Virus record (IMG/VR): IMGVR_UViG_3300042922_001018
DNA: 64,000 nucleotides
Direction: 5' to 3' (one strand)
Source of the DNA: a virus
Taxonomy: Duplodnaviria > Heunggongvirae > Uroviricota > Caudoviricetes
The notes below the pieces were generated by a model. The model did no database searches. It was not told the DNA's origin and saw only the letters and a list, made by a program, of their open reading frames with translations. The translations under genes and the position numbers were made by a program. Shown in pieces: positions 29,317 to 38,415 of this stretch (the first letter of the stretch is position 1; every line of letters starts with the position of its first letter).

Positions 29317-30027
29317 TTACGACTCGCGCTTGTGCTTGCGCAGCTTCCGCGACGATGTCAGCGTGACCTGACCTCCGCACTCCGGGCACGTTCCCCAGTT
29401 GCCGGAGTAGTACCCGACACGGTGCGGCTTCTCCCGGTCCAGGTTCGAGCCGGTTCCGGGGCACACGGACTCATCCACTGGCTTCGTGGTCAGTTCCGTT
29501 GGCGCGCTCGGGAAGCAGATGGTGCAGAGCGTCGCGCCGTGCTCTTTCACTGCTTCCGCCTCCGTCAAACCGGAGACGTTCGGGAGCCACGAGACTCGCG
29601 TCGTCGGGCGGAACGAAGAGCAATACTGCGAGCTGTGGATGTGCTCGACCAGGAAGAAGCGATTCCAGCCCTTGTACAGCTCCTTGTCGAGCTTCTCGGC
29701 TTCGACACGGAACGGGGCAGCCTCTTCAAGGAGCCGGTCGGATTCCTTGAACTGCGCGTCGATGCGAGGGATGAGACGCTCACGGGCAGTGGCCGAATAC
29801 TGCCCCAGTGTCTTACGGGTCTTCGTCGCAGACTTGTACAGTGCTGCGGCCTGGTCCCGAATGTCGTAGTAGGCGTTCCATGTTTCAGCGATACGGGTGT
29901 CCGCATCTCGCGCGGCAGCAATCTCAGTCGCGCGGTCGGTAGCGAGATTCAGCTCCGGCGCAGACCCGAGCTTGTCAGCGAACCGTCCGACAGTGTCGCG
30001 GTTATGCTCGGTCTCGTTGAATGTCAT
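29317..30027 (-). CDS. Tagged-family protein with Cys/His Zn-binding cargo
   Basis: MTFNETEHNRDTVGRFADKLGSAPELNL; HIHSSQYC, CTIC, CPG, CPEC, H. Confidence 0.85.
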   Translation of the reverse strand: MTFNETEHNRDTVGRFADKLGSAPELNLATDRATEIAAARDADTRIAETWNAYYDIRDQAAALYKSATKTRKTLGQYSATARERLIPRIDAQFKESDRLLEEAAPFRVEAEKLDKELYKGWNRFFLVEHIHSSQYCSSFRPTTRVSWLPNVSGLTEAEAVKEHGATLCTICFPSAPTELTTKPVDESVCPGTGSNLDREKPHRVGYYSGNWGTCPECGGQVTLTSSRKLRKHKRES

Positions 30028-30469
30028 GCCCGGATGTAGGCGGGTTCCGAGACACGCGAACGGCGAAAAGGATACCGAGGACCGTGCCCATCAGAGGCAA
30101 CGTTCCTACGATGAGAATGACAAGATGCGGAAAGAACTCGAAGCTGGAGGAGTCATAGTACGGGCTGCCTTGTCCTACGACAACATACGAGTAGAGCGCC
30201 GCAGTCGCAGTGTTCACGCCGAGGTAGGACAGGACGCCAGACCAGCCTAGTTTTAACGACGGGTACAGGAACAGTCCCGCGAATACGGTCTCAGCGACAA
30301 TACCGTAAAGTAGGACGTTGCCAAAGCCGACCCAGATATCTTCAGGTAGACCTTGGGTAGCTGTACCCGCAGTGCCATTGCCAAGCCAGTATGCGTTAGC
30401 GATAACGGATGCAGCCGCCGCCGATACGGCAAACACCACGCTGGACAGGAAGAGAACGAGAAACTTCAT
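30002..30469 (-). CDS. Membrane protein (tandem paralog)
   Basis: MKFLVLFLSS; ANAYWL and SGVLSYLGVN shared with neighbour. Confidence 0.65.
   Translation of the reverse strand: MKFLVLFLSSVVFAVSAAAASVIANAYWLGNGTAGTATQGLPEDIWVGFGNVLLYGIVAETVFAGLFLYPSLKLGWSGVLSYLGVNTATAALYSYVVVGQGSPYYDSSSFEFFPHLVILIVGTLPLMGTVLGILFAVRVSRNPPTSGHDIQRDRA
30035..30043 (-). promoter_or_regulatory. CCGCCTACA box
   Basis: Minus strand ccgcctaca-tccgggc-ATG(30027); lies inside the 3' end of the upstream membrane gene. Confidence 0.75.
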
Positions 30470-30888
30470 GCTGCCAGACGCTCTCTCTTCGCACCCCAGA
30501 TGATGAGAAGCGTGATACCCAGGACGACAGGCGCCGCGAAGACGTAGACGATGGCGAGCGCCGCCCATCCGGCGTAGTTCGCCGGGTCTGCGTTGGTGAC
30601 CTGGATGAAACATGTCCACGCCGCGGCGGCAGCGTTCACAACGAGGTACGAGATGACCCCGGACCGACCAAGACGCAGTGATGCATACCCGAACAGGACC
30701 AGGAACAGAGCTTCAGCGCTAAGGCCAGTGACGAGAGCGGGGAGAACATCGTCCCACACCGTCTCCTGCCGGTAACCTTCAAGGTCGGGAACGAGCGGAG
30801 CGTTCAGCCAGTAGACGTTCGCGAGGAACGTGGCGACAGCAGCGGAGAGGCCGAATACCGCGCTCCCACCGAACAGCAGTCGCTTCAC
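30466..30888 (-). CDS. Membrane protein (tandem paralog)
   Basis: GTG coupled to the nrtR stop; ANVYWL and SGVISYLVVN. Confidence 0.65.
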   Translation of the reverse strand: MKRLLFGGSAVFGLSAAVATFLANVYWLNAPLVPDLEGYRQETVWDDVLPALVTGLSAEALFLVLFGYASLRLGRSGVISYLVVNAAAAAWTCFIQVTNADPANYAGWAALAIVYVFAAPVVLGITLLIIWGAKRERLAA

Positions 30889-31526
30889 GCCCACCGCCAC
30901 ATGGCCGAGGGTCGTCCACGGCCCGAGGCGCCAGCCGGAGCTTCCAGCTTCTCCACAGCCTTGTTCGAGGCTAGCCATCGGCCGAAGTTGGAAGCGTGTG
31001 TCGGCCAGGCACCCAGCGCTTCTGAGAGCGCGAGCGCGTCGCTCGTCGAGAACTTGGACCCGAGCAGTGCCTTGGTCGCGGGTACGTCTACCCAGAGAAG
31101 CTGCGAGAGACGCGCGAGCGCGGCCTTGACTATGTTGTCGTGGTCGAACGGCAGCCCAGCGGCCTCCGCTGCCGGGGTCCAGGTGACACGGGTGCTCGGC
31201 GTCCTGCCGAACTCCTGCACAGACAGAAGGGCGATGGAGATGGTGGCGCCGCGAGGGTCGCGGTTCGTTCCGTCGAACGCTCCGAACTGCGTGAGGTATC
31301 CGCTGTGCTCAGCGAGGATGCCAGCCTTCGAGTTCAGGGCGCGGAACGCGGCGTGCTGAATGGTCTCACCCTGCATGAGCAGGACTCCGGGGAGCGCCTG
31401 CTCACCGACGAACGGCTCGAAAACTCGTCGTCCGGTTCCGACTTCGAGCGTAGCAGCGCCCGTGTTGAACCTCACCGGCACCACGTCGATGCTGATGAGA
31501 GGCTGTTCGTTCTGGTCTACTTTCAT
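30885..31526 (-). CDS. nrtR: NrtR-like Nudix-wHTH transcriptional regulator
   Basis: SIDVV, ALPG, degenerate Nudix box, RDPRG, LPFDH, C-terminal SNF.R...GRGRP. Confidence 0.8.
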   Translation of the reverse strand: MKVDQNEQPLISIDVVPVRFNTGAATLEVGTGRRVFEPFVGEQALPGVLLMQGETIQHAAFRALNSKAGILAEHSGYLTQFGAFDGTNRDPRGATISIALLSVQEFGRTPSTRVTWTPAAEAAGLPFDHDNIVKAALARLSQLLWVDVPATKALLGSKFSTSDALALSEALGAWPTHASNFGRWLASNKAVEKLEAPAGASGRGRPSAMWRWA

Positions 31527-31571
31527 GATGGCTCTGTCCCTACCGTAACATCTGACGCGCGAACGCGCAAC

Positions 31572-32465
31572 TCAGTGCTTCCGGCTCAGGCTCCCTCCTC
31601 GTACATTCGCCACATCGCTGATGACGATGACCGCGTTCGGGTCCGCCTTCTCGACCGCTTCCGTCATCTCGGCTTCTTCCATCCGGGTGAAGTACGCCAT
31701 GACGATTTTCACGTCGTTGACCATGTCGTCGTTGTGGGCATCCAGGTAGATGACCTTCCGGCCGATAGCCTTATGGATAGCCTCCCCGACCGCGAGGTGG
31801 TTCTGGGACACAATCTGGGCGCTCTTGCTCTCATAACCGCCCTCCATCACTCGCTTAATCATCGTGCTCGCGAAGAAGTAGAACATGATGAACGAGTACA
31901 TCGCAGCTTCCCACGAGTAGACGAACGCCGCCGCGAGGAAGATGAGAACGTTCACGGAGAGGATGAACTTCTCCACGTCGATGTTCGTGCGCTTCGACAC
32001 GATGTGGGCCAGGGCTTCAAGACCGTCCAACGCGCCACCGAAGCGCAGTGCCAGACCGACCCCTGAGCCGATGAGCGCACCGCCGAACACCATTGCGATG
32101 AGGGGTTCGTCGGTCCACGCAGGCTGATGATGCAGCACGATAGCGGCTACCGAGAGCGCGGCGATGCCGAGCGCGGTACGGTACGCAGCGCTGAAACCGG
32201 ACGCCTTCCACGCCACGATGATGAACGGGAAGTTCAAGATGGCGAGCACGACGCCGAGCGGTACGCTCACCGCGTCCGCCACCATGATGGAGATGCCCGT
32301 GATGCCGCCGTCGATGAAGCCGTTCGGGACGAGGAAGAACTCCAGGCCGATGGCAACGATGACGGCCGCAGCGAGGATAGCGATGACCCGGATGACCTCG
32401 TGGAACGCTGGGTGAAGGTCCGAGGTCGTGCGGCGGAAGCGTGCTACTGCCTTGTCAAGTGCCAT
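31572..32465 (-). CDS. YitT family membrane protein
   Basis: FLVPNGFIDGGITGIS, LNFPF, GGALDG, C-terminal DPNA domain. Confidence 0.88.
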   Translation of the reverse strand: MALDKAVARFRRTTSDLHPAFHEVIRVIAILAAAVIVAIGLEFFLVPNGFIDGGITGISIMVADAVSVPLGVVLAILNFPFIIVAWKASGFSAAYRTALGIAALSVAAIVLHHQPAWTDEPLIAMVFGGALIGSGVGLALRFGGALDGLEALAHIVSKRTNIDVEKFILSVNVLIFLAAAFVYSWEAAMYSFIMFYFFASTMIKRVMEGGYESKSAQIVSQNHLAVGEAIHKAIGRKVIYLDAHNDDMVNDVKIVMAYFTRMEEAEMTEAVEKADPNAVIVISDVANVRGGSLSRKH

Positions 32466-32772
32466 GAGCCTGTCCCGCGTCTCGCCGTCCGTCCATCGAC
32501 GGGAAGTTCGACAGCACCCACTCATCCTTGTGGAAGACCGTATACGCCTCCGGTGCAAGGCGTTCGCCCACCTCCCACAGCACCTTCACGAACTCGCCTT
32601 CGCGTTCGATGCCGATAGCGGTGACTCCGTGCGCCCAGCTTGCCGGGCGGATACGGTCACCGAAATCTACGGTTCCGACGGGAACCACATACTCGTGAGG
32701 CCGAGCTGCTGCTTCGGCTGCTTCACGAGTCGAGTCGTACGTCTCGTCCATCTCTGTTCCTTCGTTCGTCAT
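32455..32772 (-). CDS. Hypothetical protein
   Basis: Overlap-coupled small ORF. Confidence 0.55.
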   Translation of the reverse strand: MTNEGTEMDETYDSTREAAEAAARPHEYVVPVGTVDFGDRIRPASWAHGVTAIGIEREGEFVKVLWEVGERLAPEAYTVFHKDEWVLSNFPSMDGRRDAGQAHGT

Positions 32773-33008
32773 CTCAATAGCTTTCCGTTCGCGTCAGCGA
32801 ACCGGGGATGCGTGCACCAGCCCGGCGTGTACCGATGTACCGGGCCGTCGCAGATGCAGTATTGCGAGGTCTCACTGGTGCCGTAGGCGAACGATGCCAC
32901 GACCTGTTCTACGATGCCGCGCGCATACTCGACAGTCCAACCACGCGACTGTGCAAGCTCCGTGGCGGACTCATCCAGCTCGCGTTCAATCTCCGGCGAG
33001 TACGGCAT
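32769..33008 (-). CDS. Hypothetical protein with Cys/His cluster
   Basis: CIC...H...C.H; coupled ORF. Confidence 0.55.
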   Translation of the reverse strand: MPYSPEIERELDESATELAQSRGWTVEYARGIVEQVVASFAYGTSETSQYCICDGPVHRYTPGWCTHPRFADANGKLLR

Positions 33009-33738
33009 CGTGGCCTTCCTTCGTCCAGTGCTTCCAGGCGTCCTGCATCATGCTCTCAGCACCGCTCTGCAACGGGAAGGTCCGCCAGCCGCATTCTCCG
33101 CATGTGGCCTGGTGCTCGGCCCACATCTCGCCCTTGCACTCTCTCACGAGAAGCGACGTTCCGAGGATGCGGTACTCCCAGGTGTGGCCGACGAGCCATG
33201 ACTCGTACGTGTACTCGTCACGGTCGTAGCGTCCGCCCATCATGGGGTCTTCCCGAAGGCGGAGAACAGACACATCCTGGTGGGGAGTCTCCTCCCAGTC
33301 CGTCTTCGGACGGTGGCGTACGATAACGCTACCTTCGCGGATGTCTGCGGCGATGGCCGGGTGGTAGATTTTCTTGTCCGGACCACGCATCGCGTAGCGC
33401 CAGTCCACGCTGTCTTCTTCAGCCCAGACCTGTCGTGCGTTCCAGCCGTCCACGTAGTCCGCGGTCAGTTCCTCGCGCGGGGGCTTCTGGGCCGCACGTT
33501 CTTTCAGGTTCTCGATGAGGTCGAACAGCACGTCTCCGGCGCCCCACACCTGAGCGGTTTCCCACGTCTCTGCGCCGCCTGCGCGGCCCCGTTCGGTCGC
33601 CTCCGGACTGAGCAGTTCGCGAATGAGCTTGCCATCGACGAGCGCCCGGAGGACGGCCGCTACCTGCGGCTCGCCTACCGGTTCGGACTTCAGGCGCCGC
33701 ATGATGCGGTCCACCATCTCGTCCGTGCTCATCGTCAT
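32986..33738 (-). CDS. Hypothetical phage-like protein, C-terminal H-CxxC-H
   Basis: Start taken at MTMSTDEM. Confidence 0.55.
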   Translation of the reverse strand: MTMSTDEMVDRIMRRLKSEPVGEPQVAAVLRALVDGKLIRELLSPEATERGRAGGAETWETAQVWGAGDVLFDLIENLKERAAQKPPREELTADYVDGWNARQVWAEEDSVDWRYAMRGPDKKIYHPAIAADIREGSVIVRHRPKTDWEETPHQDVSVLRLREDPMMGGRYDRDEYTYESWLVGHTWEYRILGTSLLVRECKGEMWAEHQATCGECGWRTFPLQSGAESMMQDAWKHWTKEGHDAVLAGD

Positions 33739-33915
33739 GTCACATTCCGTTCGCGATGTCCAGCGTGCGTCGTGCGTCGGTGAGGGCGCGCGCCTCGCGA
33801 CGCTTCTCCCACCAGAAGCGGATTCCGCTCCAGCCGATGACCTTGAACATGTTGTACCTCCCAGTACGCCTTGTCCCCACCCTACCATCTCGGCAGGGTG
33901 GGGACAAGAGATGCC

Positions 33916-35412
33916 TCACGCGGCGGCGAGAACCTCGCGAACCTCGGCGAAGGTCTGCTTGCGGACGAACGCGCCGTCCTTCCAGACCGTCTGAAGCACG
34001 CTGGCGGCTTCCTGCTCCGGCGTTGCCTTCTGCTGGAGGTACAGCTTGCCATCCTCGTCTCGGAGGACCGCCAGGCGACCGGTCGCGCTCTTCTTCGTGC
34101 CGTCATCCGTGACCGGGTTCTTGAAGAGGTTGTGCTCCTCATCGTCCACGACCGCCAGCGTCGCCTTGATGGCGCTGGAGAAGGTGTCACGGGTGTTGTA
34201 CTGGTAGGTGAACGAGCCGATACCGAACACGACGTTCGTCGAAGCGAACCCCTTCTCCGCGAGACGGTCGATGATGGCCCGTGCGCGCTCGGCCGTGATG
34301 CTGTCGCCGTAGATGACGCCCACGTGCGAGTCGAGCTGCTTGAAGCCCTTCTCGTTGATGGTGCCGCCGAAGGCATCCCAGAGGAGTTCCACGACGCCCT
34401 TCTCAGGGTTCGTCAGTTCGGTCTTGCCGCGGAGCTGTGCCGCCTCGAACTCGGTGAGCGTGCCGGTGAGGATGTCCACCGGGTTGCCCGAGTCGGGACG
34501 GACGACAATCTTGCCGTCACGAGCCATGACCTCGTCCTTCAGCGACGGAAGGTAGTCGGTGACGACCTTCCAGAGGTCGAAGGTGTCCGAGACGACCGAG
34601 ATGATGCCGACCGGGTTCGCGTTCAGCAGGCGGCGGAACAGCTCGCGCTCACCGACGGTCGCGATGCCCGTGCACATGACCGAGTGCTCGGTGGCGGGAA
34701 CGGAACCGGCGGTGTACGGGCCACCGTAGTAGTCGTCAATCCATTCGAGGCTGACGAGCGAGTCCGTGCCGTAGAAGGACAGGAGGTGACCGGCGCCCGA
34801 CATGGCTGCCGTCTCGCTGGACGACATGCCGCGGTACGAGAAGTCGTGACCTTGCCAGTCCACGAAGCCGATGTCGCCGCCCGTGCGCTCGCAACCCTCG
34901 ATGAGGATGTTGCGGAAGTTGTGCGCGATGGTCGCCGACGTGGAAGCCTGCCACACCTCGGCCGAGACAACCGTCTCGATGTAGTTGGTCAGCCAGAAGA
35001 ACTCCGGCTCCGTGTTCTCGATGGTGAAGGACGGGACGCCGATGGGCACCAGGGTGCCTTCGGGGACGGCCTTGAACTCCAGCGGCAGGTAGCCCTTGCG
35101 GTGCAGCGCCCGGATGTGGTCCGACCCGATGTTGTTGGGGCCGAGAACCGAGTTGATGCGCTCGACGTAGAGGTCGGCGACGAGGTCTTCGTCAGCCGCG
35201 AAGAACGGGATGAACGCGTCGATGGCGAAGCGCTGGAGGAAGGCCTGGAGACCGAAGTGCACGACGTGGTCGATGCCGGGAATGCGGCTCTTGCGGTTCG
35301 TGAAGTTCGAGTAGACCATCGTGGTGTTACCGGCCAGTTCGTACTGGCGGATGTGGCCGAGCTTGTAGGCGTCGGTGTGGAACAGTGCTGCGACGGGGGC
35401 GAAACGGCTCAT
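33916..35412 (-). CDS. nadV: Nicotinamide phosphoribosyltransferase family (NadV/Nampt; possibly Namat)
   Basis: TDAYKLGH, HDFSYRG, PATEHSVM, VSDTFD, RPDSG, IYGDSIT, GIGSFTYQ, KKSATG; SD gaaagga before ATG 35412. Confidence 0.93.
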   Translation of the reverse strand: MSRFAPVAALFHTDAYKLGHIRQYELAGNTTMVYSNFTNRKSRIPGIDHVVHFGLQAFLQRFAIDAFIPFFAADEDLVADLYVERINSVLGPNNIGSDHIRALHRKGYLPLEFKAVPEGTLVPIGVPSFTIENTEPEFFWLTNYIETVVSAEVWQASTSATIAHNFRNILIEGCERTGGDIGFVDWQGHDFSYRGMSSSETAAMSGAGHLLSFYGTDSLVSLEWIDDYYGGPYTAGSVPATEHSVMCTGIATVGERELFRRLLNANPVGIISVVSDTFDLWKVVTDYLPSLKDEVMARDGKIVVRPDSGNPVDILTGTLTEFEAAQLRGKTELTNPEKGVVELLWDAFGGTINEKGFKQLDSHVGVIYGDSITAERARAIIDRLAEKGFASTNVVFGIGSFTYQYNTRDTFSSAIKATLAVVDDEEHNLFKNPVTDDGTKKSATGRLAVLRDEDGKLYLQQKATPEQEAASVLQTVWKDGAFVRKQTFAEVREVLAAA

Positions 35413-35434
35413 GATGTGGATTCCTTTCGGTTGG

Positions 35435-36268
35435 TCAAACGAGGTAGGGGAGAACGGGGACGACGACGGCGCCGACATCCTCGCGACGGGCACCGGGGTG
35501 CGAGTCGGTGGTGTAGATGGTGGAGAAGTAGTTGCGGAGTTGGTTGGCCTTGCCGCTGAAGATGCCGTGCGAGACCCAGAGCGACATGCGCTCGCGCTCG
35601 ACGCCAGCGGCCTCAGCAAGTCCGCAGAAGGTTCCGCCACCGTCGCAGATGTCATCGACGACGAGGAGACGACCCTCGGCGGGCAGTTCCTCGACCCGGA
35701 AGTCCGACAGCTTGCCGGTCGCTTCGACACGATGCTTCGTGGCCTTGAACACCGGGAGGTGCAAGGCTGCGGCGACATGCTCGGCGCGAGCAACCGCTCC
35801 CTTGTCCGGGGCGATGACTCCGACGTAGCCGTTGTCGGCGGCGGAACGAGCGCGTCCAGCAACGGCACGACGTACTGCACGAGTCGAGTCCACCACGCGG
35901 ACGTTGTGGACGAGTTCGGTGATGACGGGCGAGTGCGGGTCGAAGATGACGACCTCATCCAGCTTGAAGCTGTTGATGATGTCGGCGTACACCTTCGCAC
36001 CGAAGGGGATGCCTCGGTCGGCCCGTGCTGCGGGGAAGTAGGGGATGTAGGCGACCGTGCGCTCGCCGCGCTGGCGGGCCATGTCGGCCCACATGCCGAG
36101 GTCGATGATGTCGGCCGGGTCCGCGCCGTAGAGAACGGCTCCGGTGGTCTTCTCCGTGAGGTTCTCCGGAACGCGGAGGTGACGCTCACCACCGGGGAAC
36201 TGGAACGCCTCGACCTGCGAATCGACGTGCCATCCCTGAGGTACTTGTGCGAGGAATCTCGTGCTCAT
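35435..36268 (-). CDS. Ribose-phosphate pyrophosphokinase-like (Prs; possibly Adps)
   Basis: FPGGE, PYFPAARADR, DPHS, PDKGA, VDDICDGGGTF, VSHGIFS. Confidence 0.9.
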   Translation of the reverse strand: MSTRFLAQVPQGWHVDSQVEAFQFPGGERHLRVPENLTEKTTGAVLYGADPADIIDLGMWADMARQRGERTVAYIPYFPAARADRGIPFGAKVYADIINSFKLDEVVIFDPHSPVITELVHNVRVVDSTRAVRRAVAGRARSAADNGYVGVIAPDKGAVARAEHVAAALHLPVFKATKHRVEATGKLSDFRVEELPAEGRLLVVDDICDGGGTFCGLAEAAGVERERMSLWVSHGIFSGKANQLRNYFSTIYTTDSHPGARREDVGAVVVPVLPYLV

Positions 36269-36292
36269 GACTTCAGTCTAGCATACGTTTTT

Positions 36293-36305
36293 CGTCATGA
36301 TGACG
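36293..36305. promoter_or_regulatory. Candidate NrtR operator
   Basis: Palindrome cGTcatgatgACg (GT-N7-AC) in T-rich flanks, just upstream of the TAGACT -10 (36275-36280) of the prs-like gene. Confidence 0.5.
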
Positions 36306-36306
36306 T

Positions 36307-36687
36307 TTATTCGTGGAGCGGTCCTTCGCCCCCGAGCGTGCGGATGTGCAAGATGGCATCGGCGGTGTCATCGGCTGATGTCGCGAAGTTCGCTAACCAG
36401 GCGAGGTCACGCCGCATGAAGAGGAAGTGGACGAAAAGCAGGACGAAAAGTTCGTCCAGATTCTTGGCACGCGACATCTGCGGGTGGTTGACTTGGTCAT
36501 CGTTGGCGAACCATTCCTCAGCGCGCTCGTAGTACCTGCCGTCCAGCGCATCTTCCAGAGCACTGAACTCGGCGATGACCTTGCTCCATCGTGGCATCAC
36601 GTCGTCAACGGGGCCGTAGACGACAGCCTTGACAGCCATCGAACAATACCGAAGACGGTCAAGCACCTCGCGAGTCAGTTCCGGCAT
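36307..36687 (-). CDS. Hypothetical protein
   Basis: ORF coupled to the upstream gene. Confidence 0.5.
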   Translation of the reverse strand: MPELTREVLDRLRYCSMAVKAVVYGPVDDVMPRWSKVIAEFSALEDALDGRYYERAEEWFANDDQVNHPQMSRAKNLDELFVLLFVHFLFMRRDLAWLANFATSADDTADAILHIRTLGGEGPLHE

Positions 36688-36896
36688 CACGCTCGCAGGT
36701 AGCCGTAGAAGTAACCGATGCCTGCAAGGTCGGAGTACAGGCCTGCCAGTAGGGCCGGGCAGTCGCGGGAGACGTACTTGAAGCCCTCGCTGTCTTCCTT
36801 CACGAATGGGCGAACAGCCTCAGCCGCGCGGTTGAAATCCGCGAGCCAGACATCGCGTCCCGGACCGGTCACCTTCACGTCGCTATCAGAAGCCAT
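36687..36896 (-). CDS. Hypothetical protein
   Basis: Start taken at MASDSDVKV. Confidence 0.45.
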   Translation of the reverse strand: MASDSDVKVTGPGRDVWLADFNRAAEAVRPFVKEDSEGFKYVSRDCPALLAGLYSDLAGIGYFYGYLRA

Positions 36897-36928
36897 AGGT
36901 TCAGCGTACAGGAGGCAGATGCTTTCTG

Positions 36929-37339
36929 TCAATCCAGGAACCACTCGCGAAGCTCGCCGTGGTAGTGGGGGCACTCTGCGAGAACCCCGTCCAGATGTGT
37001 TTCGAAGTCACCGAGCGCTTCCTGGAACAGCTTGTACGCATGCGCACCGCGCCTAGCCCTGACGAAGTCATAGAACAGTGCGGCCATCGCTGTCGCTGCG
37101 GCGCCTTCCGCCTGAGGCAGTTCTGGGCGACGGAAAGTCATGACGTTCGCGTTCTCGGCAACCACCGCTTCGTCATAGAAGCTCACGGGCAGTGACGAGT
37201 CCAAATCAGCGAGACGAGCGACGAGATTGCTCCACGATGGCGCAATGTCCTCTGGGGGACTCCACTGGAGTTGTGAGAAGGCTCCATCGACCCATGCGAC
37301 AGCGGTTTCGATGTTCTTGGTCATCTGGAGGGTCAGCAC
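36929..37339 (-). CDS. Hypothetical protein
   Basis: TAGACT -10 upstream. Confidence 0.55.
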   Translation of the reverse strand: MLTLQMTKNIETAVAWVDGAFSQLQWSPPEDIAPSWSNLVARLADLDSSLPVSFYDEAVVAENANVMTFRRPELPQAEGAAATAMAALFYDFVRARRGAHAYKLFQEALGDFETHLDGVLAECPHYHGELREWFLD

Positions 37340-37435
37340 CGTGACAGTCTACCCCAAAGAAAAGACCCGCACTCACGTGGAGTACGGGTCGGTATTCTCA
37401 GCCTACCATAGGGCGAAGTGTGGTAAACTACGGCC

Positions 37436-37831
37436 ATGCTCACCGTGCTTGTAGATGACGACCGCTGCTTCGTCGCGCCTCGTAACGAGGGCGAGCATGT
37501 TGTCGCGCGCACCAGCATCGCGGGCCTCGCCCTCCTCCAGAGTTACCGGGAGGCTGGCCGGGTCATCGAAGAGCTGTGGCTCGACCACGACCTCGGCGGC
37601 GAAGACACCAGCATGGTCATCGTGGACATGCTCGCCGAGGCCGCGTTCAACGACGACCCTTACCCGGTTCGCCGCATCTACGTTCACTCGATGAACAGGT
37701 CTGGCGCTGAGGCGATGGTCCGCTCGCTCAGCAACTACGGCTACGCCGTTACACGCGCCACCGTGAAGGGCACGCTTGCCTACGTGGAGCCGGAGCTACG
37801 CGGTCGGGCCGTGTTAGACTCGCTCGCATGA
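37436..37831 (+). CDS. Cyclic-phosphate-processing receiver domain protein
   Basis: LVDDDR, LWLDHDLGG, VHSMN.SG. Confidence 0.8.
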   Translation: MLTVLVDDDRCFVAPRNEGEHVVARTSIAGLALLQSYREAGRVIEELWLDHDLGGEDTSMVIVDMLAEAAFNDDPYPVRRIYVHSMNRSGAEAMVRSLSNYGYAVTRATVKGTLAYVEPELRGRAVLDSLA

Positions 37832-38358
37832 GACGTGACCTCGCGTGGGCGAAAGCCGACATCATCGACCTGTTGCCCGACTTCACCGTGGCTCAGGCGA
37901 GTGACCTCGGCCGGTCGATGTTCGCCGCAGCCTGCGACCGGCAACTGACGCCGCAGCAGAACCTCGATGTCCTCGACACGATTCGTGCGGGCCTCGGCTA
38001 CTACGAGGTGCGCGCTGACGGCGACGAAGCATGGCGAGCGGTCGTCATGAGCTGGCGACAGGACCAGCGCGTCTACGAGCAGAAGGTTCTCAGAGACCAA
38101 CTCACGGCGGTCGAAGTCTTCACCGAAGAGCATCTCGGTATCCTCATGGACCCGGAGCGGAACACCGTGCTCAACAACCTCGGTCTCGGCATGAAGGCTG
38201 ATGCCTTCTACGCGGCTCATCCAGGCACGCGGCGTGCAACGAACTACGGTGGCCGCACCTACCTTTTCAGTGCGGCGGAGAACTGCCGTCACGCGGTGAA
38301 AAGCGCGCCAGGTGGCGGGGTCAAATGCGGGAAATGCCCCGGCTGGTTCTGCTTCTGA
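37828..38358 (+). CDS. Hypothetical protein, C-terminal Zn ribbon
   Basis: ATGA coupling; CRH...CGKCPGWFC. Confidence 0.6.
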   Translation: MRRDLAWAKADIIDLLPDFTVAQASDLGRSMFAAACDRQLTPQQNLDVLDTIRAGLGYYEVRADGDEAWRAVVMSWRQDQRVYEQKVLRDQLTAVEVFTEEHLGILMDPERNTVLNNLGLGMKADAFYAAHPGTRRATNYGGRTYLFSAAENCRHAVKSAPGGGVKCGKCPGWFCF

Positions 38359-38415
38359 ACACGGGGCATTAGCCTGCGCTCGGCCAGAGAGCTACCCTTC
38401 GATAAACTGATAGAT

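Noticed and set aside
35413-36192. Apparent 260-aa N-terminal extension of Nampt (ORF 33916..36192)
   Set aside because: It overlaps the Prs-like gene in another frame, is S/R/P-rich junk, and a good SD precedes ATG 35412.
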